Shown: positions 18,832-27,945 of the stretch, piece by piece
Position numbering within the stretch: position 1 is the first letter of the stretch
How the letters are laid out: every line of letters begins with the position of its first letter
Virus record (IMG/VR): IMGVR_UViG_3300022200_000019
Location: 148,918 to 212,917 of that record
Direction: 5' to 3' (one strand)
Length of the DNA: 64,000 bases
Notes under the pieces: generated by a model
What the model was told of the DNA's origin: nothing
Database searches by the model: none
What the model saw: the letters and a program-made list of their open reading frames with translations, nothing else
Program-made: the position numbers and the translations under genes

Positions 18832-19815
18832 ATGAATTTAAAAGAACTAGATAGTTTTAAACTAGGCGATGCAGTTAACTTCCACGAAGAACTAAATCCT
18901 GCTCTCTGGGAAAACGAAATGATGCGCTCAGACGTGCGCAAAGCACTGTTACGCATTGCCGCAGATTTCCAAGAGTTCTTAGGTGTTAAAGATCTAGCAG
19001 TAGAAGATGTTCGCGTTTCCGGGAGTAACGCAGCATATTCATATACGCCACATTCAGACATTGACTTACACTTGATTGTTGACTTTGACCAAATCAACAA
19101 CGATGAAGTGTATCAAGAGTTATTCAACGCAAAAAAGTTTCAATATAACCAAGAGCATAATATTAAAGTTCGTGGTTATGATGTAGAACTGTATGTTCAG
19201 GACGCAACCCAACCACACGCCAGTTTAGGTGAATATAGTGTAGCACGTGATGAGTGGACTCGCATTCCAACAAAGCAGCGTGCCAACCTAGACGATTTTG
19301 CAACACGTCAAAAATACGATAAACTCAAAGGCTTAGTTATGGCTGCGTTGGTTAGTAAAAAACTAAACATGGTAGATGACGTAACAGATGTTGTTAAACG
19401 TTATCGTCGTGCTGGACTAGCAGAGGGTGGTGAGTTTAGCCCAGAAAATTTAGCATTCAAAATGTTACGTACTCAAGGTTATATTGAAAGACTTTGGAAA
19501 CATCGTAGTGAACTAGAAGATCGTGAACTTAGTTTAGAGCAAGCCGAATCTATTGTAGAAGCAGCAATACGCGAATTAGAATTACATCAGGTATTAGCAG
19601 AAATGAAATTATCAGACTTTTTACCCAAAAAAACCCGAGAGCAAAATCAAGCAGATGAGCGTATGGCTATCGACGCAATGATGGTTTTAAGTACTTCAAC
19701 TGAATACGCAATTGAAGATATTGTAAGGGCTGTAGAAGCGGCTTTAGAAACCGGAAAAGTTCACAATCGAAAAGATCTTTTACAAATGGCGGCAGATATA
19801 TTAGAAAAACAATGA
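18832..19815 (+). CDS. Pol-beta-superfamily nucleotidyltransferase
   Basis: SGSNAAYSY..SDIDLHLIVDF (GS..DxD), later VELYVQ; ATAAATA promoter at 18818-18824. Confidence 0.75.
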   Translation: MNLKELDSFKLGDAVNFHEELNPALWENEMMRSDVRKALLRIAADFQEFLGVKDLAVEDVRVSGSNAAYSYTPHSDIDLHLIVDFDQINNDEVYQELFNAKKFQYNQEHNIKVRGYDVELYVQDATQPHASLGEYSVARDEWTRIPTKQRANLDDFATRQKYDKLKGLVMAALVSKKLNMVDDVTDVVKRYRRAGLAEGGEFSPENLAFKMLRTQGYIERLWKHRSELEDRELSLEQAESIVEAAIRELELHQVLAEMKLSDFLPKKTREQNQADERMAIDAMMVLSTSTEYAIEDIVRAVEAALETGKVHNRKDLLQMAADILEKQ

Positions 19816-21176
19816 AAGACTTTCACGTACTAGCATTAAGTAACGATAATGGAGTAAGAACCTACGCTATTCTAGCAGGCGAAAAACCCATTGGCCGTGC
19901 TGTGCGCAAGGGCAAAGAAATTGCGTTTCAAGTAACCGGATATCCTCCGCAACGAGAACACGGTAGTAACGTAGAACGTATTATCGCCAAATGGTTAGAT
20001 AGTCATTATGTTGACTTACAAGAAGGTGATGTAATATTACATCCTCGTTTTAAAGCACAGCAACAAGAAAAAGAAAGACTTGATCAACTGATTGCTGACT
20101 ATCAAAAACAAGCTGCTGCCGAAGAAGCTGATTTAAAAAGATTAGCAACTTTTTGGTGGAATAACGACGAAAGTCCAGAGGTTGAACAACTACTGGCACG
20201 CATGGGTTGGGAAATCGGCCAAGATGAAGGATATGATGACGAGCCCGGAGCATTTGTAGTACAGATAGGCGACGAAGATGGTGACAGCTTTCTTTCTTGG
20301 TCGCCGGATGATTTAAGAAACAATGTAACAGAAGGCGACGTTGTTAAACACAAATTTGGACTAAAGCAACAACAAAAGAATAAAACCAAATATCGTTTTT
20401 ATCAAGAAATCAAAGACGATATTCCTGTATTTGATCGCGGCAGATATGCGGCTGTAAAGCCACGATACATTGCGTCGCACAGACATCCGGAAAACCTAGA
20501 ACCATTTGATCACTTTGAAGTAGAACCAAGTAATTCGGGAGCCAATGGCAGAATAATTGGCATTACCCGAGACGGGATGCGAGTATTAGCCGATGTGTCG
20601 AGACTAGCACATGCAGAAGCATTCGCTGATGCGTGGAACAGAGGTGGATTTTCTGATAAAGATCCTAGTCGAGAACCGCTGGATACATTAGAAAGTCGCC
20701 GTTCAAGTGCAGCACTAAAAGGGATTAATCTAGCAGAGAATCCAACAAACGAAGCTGGGTACGAAAGTTCTTGGCAAAAGCGTTATAGAACAGATCCGGA
20801 ATTCCGCGAGCGTCAAAAACAAAACGAACGCAATCGCAGAAAGAATCCAGAATACGCAGAGAAGAAACGCGAATACCAACGCGAGCGTTCACGTAAGTTA
20901 TATGCTGATCCAGACTGGCGCAAAGAAGACCTAGCAAGACGCAGAGATGTGTATGCTGCTAACAAAGACGCAGTATTAGCCAAACGTCGTGAGTTAATGA
21001 AAGATCCAGCATATGCTGCTCGTAAAGCAGAATATTGGAAACAAGACGCTGCTAAACGTAAAGAATTAACACAAAAGTTCCAACAGTTATTACAGGATCC
21101 AGATTTTAACCCTGCTAAACTACCAACAGCAGAACTTAAAAAGTTTATTAAATTTTTAGAAAAAGGAAGAGTATAA
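19812..21176 (+). CDS. Multi-module putative internal head protein with charged helical tail
   Basis: Repeated module starts LQEGDVILH / VTEGDVVKH; long E/R/K-rich C-terminal stretch. Confidence 0.55.
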   Translation: MKDFHVLALSNDNGVRTYAILAGEKPIGRAVRKGKEIAFQVTGYPPQREHGSNVERIIAKWLDSHYVDLQEGDVILHPRFKAQQQEKERLDQLIADYQKQAAAEEADLKRLATFWWNNDESPEVEQLLARMGWEIGQDEGYDDEPGAFVVQIGDEDGDSFLSWSPDDLRNNVTEGDVVKHKFGLKQQQKNKTKYRFYQEIKDDIPVFDRGRYAAVKPRYIASHRHPENLEPFDHFEVEPSNSGANGRIIGITRDGMRVLADVSRLAHAEAFADAWNRGGFSDKDPSREPLDTLESRRSSAALKGINLAENPTNEAGYESSWQKRYRTDPEFRERQKQNERNRRKNPEYAEKKREYQRERSRKLYADPDWRKEDLARRRDVYAANKDAVLAKRRELMKDPAYAARKAEYWKQDAAKRKELTQKFQQLLQDPDFNPAKLPTAELKKFIKFLEKGRV

Positions 21177-21853
21177 TGTCATCATTGAACGAAGATCCAA
21201 TTAGAGATCTACTAAACAAGTTATTTGGTAAAAAGTCCGACGCACCTACTGCGGATACCGGATCGGAAGATAATATGGACAATGCTGCTAATACCGGTGA
21301 CATTACTCCAGGTCAAAGTTATAGTAGCGCAGCATCATTTGCTGACAAATATGATCGTAGCCCGATTAAAACATATGACTTACCTCCTTCAGATGTAAAA
21401 GCAGCGAATCCTCCGGGAACAGAGAACGAGCCTTTTGACATTGACGCTATGAATAAAGCAGATTCTTTAAGAAATCTATTTAAAAGAGATGAGCCAAGAA
21501 AGCCTGTTACTGTTAAGAACGTTGAACCTAAGAAACCAGGCGAATATACTGGTGTTACAAAAGCAGTCGACGATGCTGCAACATGGGTTGGAGATAAAGT
21601 AGATCAAGGTTGGGGTGCTGTTAAAGATTTCTTCAATGAACCAAGCACACCAGAACCAGCAGCAGATGATGAATCCGGTTGGTTAGACGGTGTTGTTGAT
21701 CGCTATAAAAGATTCTATGGCGTCGGCGACAAGGAAGCAGAAACTCCTAAACCTGCGTCTAAGCCAGCAGATAGCGATGCTGCTAGATCAGCCAACGACG
21801 CACTAAACAGACTAATGGCAGATCCAGAATTTAGAAAGATGTTGGATCAATAA
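21176..21853 (+). CDS. Low-complexity acidic/Pro-rich putative internal protein
   Basis: MSSLNE leader; D/E/P/A-rich. Confidence 0.55.
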   Translation: MSSLNEDPIRDLLNKLFGKKSDAPTADTGSEDNMDNAANTGDITPGQSYSSAASFADKYDRSPIKTYDLPPSDVKAANPPGTENEPFDIDAMNKADSLRNLFKRDEPRKPVTVKNVEPKKPGEYTGVTKAVDDAATWVGDKVDQGWGAVKDFFNEPSTPEPAADDESGWLDGVVDRYKRFYGVGDKEAETPKPASKPADSDAARSANDALNRLMADPEFRKMLDQ

Positions 21854-23745
21854 TGAACCTTTACGATCTATTTGAAGCCTTAGTTGGTCATGACATGCCT
21901 CGCAGCAAGAAATATAGCAGCGATCAGTCTGACTTTGAAATACAGCCGCAACTAGGTGAATTAATAGATCGTATCGAAGCAGGCGAAATCAAACCTAAAA
22001 TTGTAAAACTAAACCCACAGAAATTACAAGCAACGCAAGGATGGCTAGATACTCGCAATGGTGGCGGTGCGCCATTGCTAGATCGCTATACAAAATTACC
22101 TGTTATTCTTAAAGATCAATCAGGATATCATATCTTAGACGGGCACCATAGAACATCCCACGCTCTTAGTAAAGGACAACAATCGATTAAAGTTTATCTA
22201 TTTCGCATGCCCGACGATTTAAGCGAAGCATCGTTTGCTGATTTAAAGAAACTGGTTCCTGTGTATAATGTTGATGAATGGTCACAAGAATTAGGTATTC
22301 CACGTAAGGTAGCATACTTATACGGCGAACTTGGTTACTTACAACGCGGCAAACCAGAACAGATTATGGTTAAAGTTCAACATTTTATGGGCGGTGGCGG
22401 AGTTGTTCCGTTTTGCTTAGAACACGTAGGTGACTTGTCAGATCGTATGACACCTAGACATCCATTACATTGGAGTTATGGTGCTGTAAAAGAAAAAGCA
22501 GAAAAAACATACAGATCGTTAACACACAGTTATGGATTTGAGCGCGAGTTCCAAGAGAACCTAGACGCTACAATCGAATATCAAAAGATTGAAAATCCAG
22601 ATGAGTATCGTGAGCGTGTATATCGTGCTATGCAAATGTATGCCGATGCACATAAAGAATTGCTTCCATACTGCCACACAGATATTCACAAGAATGCTGT
22701 ATATGCTGCTATCTCATTGGGTGAAAGAAAGTTTGATGATGCTGCTACCTTTGTAGGTGCAATCAAACGTCTTTGTGCTAGCGAAGAAAGTTATCACAAT
22801 GCGCTAAGAGCATATGATAAAAAACTAGATGGCAAACTAGCAGGCGAAGAAGTACTAGACGAAGCGGGCGAATGGTGGAAAACATTTTCAGATGTAGTTT
22901 CTGGATCAAAAAAAGCATATGATACCGCAGTTATTGCTGGTCCCAAATGGCAAGCAGCAATTGATAGCAAAGATCCAGTTGTAATTGATCAAGGTATTAA
23001 AGACTTAGCAAAAGACTTAGGTATGGATCCAAACGATCCAAAATACAAGCAATGGGCAGGCAGTATGCGTTACAAAGCATACAAAGCAGCGGATATTAAA
23101 CACGATGTAACACGAGATGCTGAACGTAAAGCCTATGCTGCTGATCCACGACACTGGAAGGAACTTGAAATTCCCGGTTATGATGAACCCTGGGTTACAT
23201 TTAGTAAGCCATCCCCACGTGGTATTCCGCTTCGTGTAGGCGGTGACAAAGTAGATGAAGAGGCTCTTGACCGTTTTGAGATAGGCATGGGATTAGAGCA
23301 GATGCATAACAATGACATTGCTCTTGTTGGTGGCATGCGTTCAGGATCAAGCCCTGCTAACTTAACACGTTTAAAATATAGCATTTATGATGTTCCTATG
23401 CTAAAACAACTAAAGCAAACAGGTGGCAATCAAAATGACGCACTCATGGGCCATGTTGAATTAATGGTAGAAGATGGCACAGGCGATCTTATTGGTTTAA
23501 TTAACATCGAAATGAAGCGCGGCGGCAAACGCCAAGGTTACGGCTCACAAGTTGTGCGTTCTATTATTGATAGTCCGTTTGCTCGCAAGCCATTTAGAAT
23601 CTACGATATACAAAAGAAAGCTGTGGGTTTTTGGAAGAAGATGGGTGTAGAGTTTACACACTCAGACTTTAAAACTCCTATTGCGCCGACTCAGCTGCCC
23701 AGGCTTGCATTGGGACCAGGGAATATATTTGGAATCATACGATGA
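21853..23745 (+). CDS. Multi-module protein: ParB/Srx-like N-terminus and GNAT-like C-terminus
   Basis: LQATQ..PVIL..ILDGHHR; C-terminal KRQGYGSQVV..AVGFWKKMG; MNLYDLFE leader. Confidence 0.6.
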   Translation: MNLYDLFEALVGHDMPRSKKYSSDQSDFEIQPQLGELIDRIEAGEIKPKIVKLNPQKLQATQGWLDTRNGGGAPLLDRYTKLPVILKDQSGYHILDGHHRTSHALSKGQQSIKVYLFRMPDDLSEASFADLKKLVPVYNVDEWSQELGIPRKVAYLYGELGYLQRGKPEQIMVKVQHFMGGGGVVPFCLEHVGDLSDRMTPRHPLHWSYGAVKEKAEKTYRSLTHSYGFEREFQENLDATIEYQKIENPDEYRERVYRAMQMYADAHKELLPYCHTDIHKNAVYAAISLGERKFDDAATFVGAIKRLCASEESYHNALRAYDKKLDGKLAGEEVLDEAGEWWKTFSDVVSGSKKAYDTAVIAGPKWQAAIDSKDPVVIDQGIKDLAKDLGMDPNDPKYKQWAGSMRYKAYKAADIKHDVTRDAERKAYAADPRHWKELEIPGYDEPWVTFSKPSPRGIPLRVGGDKVDEEALDRFEIGMGLEQMHNNDIALVGGMRSGSSPANLTRLKYSIYDVPMLKQLKQTGGNQNDALMGHVELMVEDGTGDLIGLINIEMKRGGKRQGYGSQVVRSIIDSPFARKPFRIYDIQKKAVGFWKKMGVEFTHSDFKTPIAPTQLPRLALGPGNIFGIIR

Positions 23746-24203
23746 GAGCAAACGAATTTATCAGCGAAATTAACCTAGATCCACGCTCGTGGTTTGGTGC
23801 TGGACAAATGGGTGGCCGTGGAGGCAGTGGCTCTCAAGCAGTTGCTACTGGCGGACGCACAGCACCAGCAACCGCCAAACCAAATCTAGGTAAATTTGAA
23901 CGTACACCAGATGGAAAGATCATTGATCCACAAGGACAGGTAGTTAATCCACGCACAGGCGATCCGTATACAAAAGCAGACGTAACCAGAGACACTGGTA
24001 AGAGTCCAGAGTTTAAGAGTATATCTCCAGAGCGTTCACACTATGCTAGAACTACACAAGCAGACCGTGTTAGAGACGAACGTGCTGCACGCAACATGGA
24101 ACGTTATGCCGATGAATACCAAGCAGCAAAAACTAGATGGCAAGAAAAAGGTGATGCTGCTTCATTTGGCGATATGATAAAGATTCTAAACAGAGTAGAT
24201 TAA
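23742..24203 (+). CDS. Putative internal head protein
   Basis: MRANEFISE leader; Gly-rich. Confidence 0.6.
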   Translation: MRANEFISEINLDPRSWFGAGQMGGRGGSGSQAVATGGRTAPATAKPNLGKFERTPDGKIIDPQGQVVNPRTGDPYTKADVTRDTGKSPEFKSISPERSHYARTTQADRVRDERAARNMERYADEYQAAKTRWQEKGDAASFGDMIKILNRVD

Positions 24204-24436
24204 TGCGTGAATTGAGATATAACACGGAAACATTAGGTTTTTCGTCACCAGACGATAGTTGTTATCTAGATCCCAGCGATCCTATACACGAATTTCGTCG
24301 CACAGGCAATGCTGCTGCATTAAATCAACCACGACGTATTCCAGTTGCACAACAGTTTGCAGAACATGAACGTAAAATGGAATTAGCAAAAGCACAGGGT
24401 ATTCGTCCTGGTTCCCCAGCATGGTATATGTTATGA
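24203..24436 (+). CDS. Small hypothetical protein
   Basis: 77 aa, coupled stop/start on both sides; ends GIRPGSPAWYML. Confidence 0.6.
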   Translation: MRELRYNTETLGFSSPDDSCYLDPSDPIHEFRRTGNAAALNQPRRIPVAQQFAEHERKMELAKAQGIRPGSPAWYML

Positions 24437-25257
24437 AAGTATCAGAAATTATTTGCGAAGGCACTGGTATCGACCAGCACATCGCGCCGGAATTATTGCA
24501 ACAACAAGTAAATCAAATCATTGATGCTATTAAAGCAGGCGGTTATTTGTTAACGGATGCTGATAAAGCCTTGCTCGATTATGCACGTAAACAAAAAATC
24601 TATCATCCAGATGAAATTGCGAATAACAAATTCCATAAATCAATAATCGCATCTGTTAAGCCGTTGCTAAAAAAAATAGAACAGCTATGGTCTGAACCAC
24701 GCGATATAACCAGTGATGTTGAAGCAATTATTGGTGAGCCTATTCTTACCCTTCATCAAAAAATAAAACCATTGCTTGCAAATCCTAATAGACAACCAAT
24801 GGATTATGTTGTGCGAGCAAACTTAACACAATTATTAATTGCTGCTGCATGCCCAAAAAACAATGGCACTTGGGATACCAGCACAGCCAAATGCTATTCA
24901 AACAATTATCCTTGGATATTAGATCAGGTGAAGGAAAAGTATCGTGCTAAAGACAGAAAACGCCGTGCCAACATGACTCCAGATGAAAGAGAAGAGGTTC
25001 AGGCTAAAGACAGAGAATATCAGCAACAAAGACGGGATACCATGACTCCAGCTGAAAGAGAAGAGTATTTGGCTTACGACAGAGAACGGAAACGTAACCG
25101 TCTTGCCAACATGTCTCCAGCTGAAAGAGAAGAGTATCGGGCTAAACATAGAGAATATTACCAACAGTGGACGGCTAACATGTCTCCAGCTAAAAGAGAA
25201 GAGTATTTGGCTAAAAAAAGAGAACGGCAACAACGGCGGAAGGCCAAGAAAAAATGA
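24433..25257 (+). CDS. Putative internal protein with 23-aa charged repeats
   Basis: Start MKVSEIICE at 24433 (ATGA overlap); four M(T/S)PxEREE units. Confidence 0.65.
   Translation: MKVSEIICEGTGIDQHIAPELLQQQVNQIIDAIKAGGYLLTDADKALLDYARKQKIYHPDEIANNKFHKSIIASVKPLLKKIEQLWSEPRDITSDVEAIIGEPILTLHQKIKPLLANPNRQPMDYVVRANLTQLLIAAACPKNNGTWDTSTAKCYSNNYPWILDQVKEKYRAKDRKRRANMTPDEREEVQAKDREYQQQRRDTMTPAEREEYLAYDRERKRNRLANMSPAEREEYRAKHREYYQQWTANMSPAKREEYLAKKRERQQRRKAKKK
24970..25248 (+). repeat. Coding tandem repeat, 69-nt period x4
   Basis: ATG(A/T)CTCCAG units start at 24973, 25042, 25111 and 25180. Confidence 0.85.
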
Positions 25258-25457
25258 AAGTATCAGAAATCATCAACGAAGGTGTAGGACGTATTACGCC
25301 GCAAAACCAAACACAGGATGTCGGTCCTGATCAAGTTTCTATTGAAGCAAAGAAATTAGGTTTTAAAGTAGATCGGGATGGTCGCCCACCACTTTTAAGT
25401 TCAAACGCAAAGAAAAACACAAATCCTAACACACTATTCAATCTTGGCATAAATTAA
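25254..25457 (+). CDS. Small putative internal protein
   Basis: MKVSEIINEG leader. Confidence 0.65.
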   Translation: MKVSEIINEGVGRITPQNQTQDVGPDQVSIEAKKLGFKVDRDGRPPLLSSNAKKNTNPNTLFNLGIN

Positions 25458-25460
25458 TAC

Positions 25461-26171
25461 ATGTCAGATGTGATATATTGCTCCGGAGATTCGTGGACCT
25501 ACGGCGCCGGTCTTAATAATCTTAACGATTCGTTTTGTTATCAATTGTCTACATTAATAAATGTCGACTGCGTTAATCTAGGCGTTAATGGCGGTAGTAA
25601 CAGCGGAATGTTTAACGAAGTATTTAATCGACTCGACAAAATAAACAATAGTAAATACGATCGTGGTTATATTATACTAACATTTACCGAAAATGGAAGA
25701 GATATACGAGATTTTAAAAATCGCCCATTTGATTACATATCCGCATATAAAGATATGGTTCATAATTATAACTTTTACACCTGTGTATTGGATGATATTG
25801 AATATGAGTGGGAAGTCAAGCTATCTCAACTCAGAGAAAAAATAGATCCAAGGTTTCGTATCATAACAGGATGTAATTTTGCCAAGCCAAAAAATATAAA
25901 ACTAGATATTCAAGAGCCATGGATTTCATTATTAGGTTATAATAAGTTAGTGCCAAGACTTACCTGCGTTGAAACAACTAATACATTAAATGAAATATTA
26001 GGTATTGAATCTTCCGACGACCATAAACTGTGGTTAATTGACCATGGGCAACAACCAATTGATATATATAACTTTTTTGATCAGTGCTCGTATATGTTAG
26101 ATCATGATCGAGGGCATCCTAATAAGGTCGGACATCAAATCTGGGCAGAGAGGATACTATGCGAGCTCTAA
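25461..26171 (+). CDS. SGNH/GDSL-like hydrolase
   Basis: SGDSWTYG, NLGVNGGSN, GHPNKVGH. Confidence 0.6.
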   Translation: MSDVIYCSGDSWTYGAGLNNLNDSFCYQLSTLINVDCVNLGVNGGSNSGMFNEVFNRLDKINNSKYDRGYIILTFTENGRDIRDFKNRPFDYISAYKDMVHNYNFYTCVLDDIEYEWEVKLSQLREKIDPRFRIITGCNFAKPKNIKLDIQEPWISLLGYNKLVPRLTCVETTNTLNEILGIESSDDHKLWLIDHGQQPIDIYNFFDQCSYMLDHDRGHPNKVGHQIWAERILCEL

Positions 26172-26863
26172 TCGGATATACTGGATTCATCGGCGGAGTA
26201 TTGCAAGGACAAATTAGATTTGATTTAACATTTAATTCAGTGAATATTAATGATCTTCCAGAACATAACATTGATATACTATATTGTGCTGCACCAACTG
26301 GCAGTAGAATGTATGCTAGCGAATATCCAGCACAGGACCTAGAAAACACTAACAAATTAATAGAAACATTAGAAAAATCTAACATTAAAAAATTTATTTT
26401 AATTGGCACAGTAGATTCAATACATGCATTAAACACGTCATATGGTCGTAACAGAAAAATGTTAGAAGATTTTGTTAAATTTAAATTTAAAGATTATCAT
26501 ATTGTTAGACTATGTTCATTAATACATTCAGACATTAAAAAAAATGTACTCTATGATTTAAAACATAAAAAATATCTAAATAAAATTAATAAAGAACAAG
26601 TTAACCAATGGTATCCATTGGATCGGTTACATAGCGACATACAAAAAAATATTTCAATGAATATCAGAGAATCAAATTTTGTCAGTGAACCCATATCAAA
26701 TTTAGAAATTATTAACAATTTATACCCGGGTCTCGATGTTGGTTATTGTAAAAATACAGAACCATATAATTTAAAGTGTTGCGATACTGTAGACTATCTA
26801 ATAAGTAAAACAGAAATATTTAAAGAAATGGAAAAATATATTGGGCATGCTATTACAAAATAA
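26159..26863 (+). CDS. NAD(P)-dependent sugar epimerase/reductase-like
   Basis: LIGYTGFIGG Rossmann loop; YGRNR. Confidence 0.6.
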   Translation: MRALIGYTGFIGGVLQGQIRFDLTFNSVNINDLPEHNIDILYCAAPTGSRMYASEYPAQDLENTNKLIETLEKSNIKKFILIGTVDSIHALNTSYGRNRKMLEDFVKFKFKDYHIVRLCSLIHSDIKKNVLYDLKHKKYLNKINKEQVNQWYPLDRLHSDIQKNISMNIRESNFVSEPISNLEIINNLYPGLDVGYCKNTEPYNLKCCDTVDYLISKTEIFKEMEKYIGHAITK

Positions 26864-27935
26864 AGGTGGGATGTTCGAACCGTTACGGTGGAGTGGGAGC
26901 ATTCGGGACTTTCCTTATTTTAACGAGTATCCGTGGCTTGAACGTTATAAAACTAAAAACTATTATGTTGGTGCAAGTGCCGCTTGGGATTTTTTTCAAG
27001 ATCTACCCATTGGGTTTGACGCATATATCTTTATCCATCATGTAGAGTTATGCGATCCTAAATGGCTCAAACAACAACAAAAAAGAGTCAATACGCCGTT
27101 TTATGTTCTGTTGTCGGGAAATGACTATAACATTAATATTCCAAATACTACTTTTATTCCATATACACATTGGCACTATGATTTACAAAAAATAGTTGAC
27201 TGGTGGGGTATACAAAAAACACCCGACCATAAAAAATATAAATTTAGTGCAGTTAATAATAGAATTACACAAGCAAAAGTTTGGATTACCACTAAGTTAT
27301 TAATTTCTAGTAGAAATGAATCATTAATAATTAATAATCCAAATTGGATTGAAAGTAAGAATATACATAACTGGGAGCATTGTGGAAATCCTATTCTAGA
27401 CGAGTTGACCGATATTTTTTTACAAGAGTTCATCGACTTAGAACTCAAAGACGAGTTTGATAAGGATAAAAATTTTCAAAGGTATAATTCTAATCCATGG
27501 CAGCCATTATATACAGACACCTCTATACATTTTACAAACGGTAGCCATCATTATAGTTTTATGATGGATGACTATTTTCCATACACGTTTCCCGGACCGC
27601 ATATTGATGAAAAAACATTTAAATGCTTAGTAGCAGGTACTGCATTTATACCAGTTGCGCAATTTGAAATTTATAAATCGTTGGAAAATTTTGGATTACA
27701 GTTTGATTATGGTTTTAACACTGAATGGGATAACGACCCTGGTAACTTGTCAAGATTTGAAAACATTATAAAATTAATTGATTTGCTAAATGATTACTCA
27801 AAAGAAGAACTGTACAGCAAAACAAAAGACATCTCAATTTATAATCAACAATACATATTTGATGGCAAATTCTATAAAAATTGCGAATTACACAATGAAG
27901 AATGCATTGAACAGTTGCATCAACTAATAGCATAA
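26841..27935 (+). CDS. Putative glycosyltransferase (GT10-like C-terminus)
   Basis: DEKTFKCLVAGTAFIP..LENFGLQFDY..WD; resembles 42580-43557. Confidence 0.4.
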   Translation: MGMLLQNKGGMFEPLRWSGSIRDFPYFNEYPWLERYKTKNYYVGASAAWDFFQDLPIGFDAYIFIHHVELCDPKWLKQQQKRVNTPFYVLLSGNDYNINIPNTTFIPYTHWHYDLQKIVDWWGIQKTPDHKKYKFSAVNNRITQAKVWITTKLLISSRNESLIINNPNWIESKNIHNWEHCGNPILDELTDIFLQEFIDLELKDEFDKDKNFQRYNSNPWQPLYTDTSIHFTNGSHHYSFMMDDYFPYTFPGPHIDEKTFKCLVAGTAFIPVAQFEIYKSLENFGLQFDYGFNTEWDNDPGNLSRFENIIKLIDLLNDYSKEELYSKTKDISIYNQQYIFDGKFYKNCELHNEECIEQLHQLIA

Positions 27936-27945
27936 ATACGTCTAT

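Noticed and set aside
24970-25248. Possible CRISPR array
   Set aside because: Units are in-frame degenerate coding repeats with no unique spacers; no cas genes seen.
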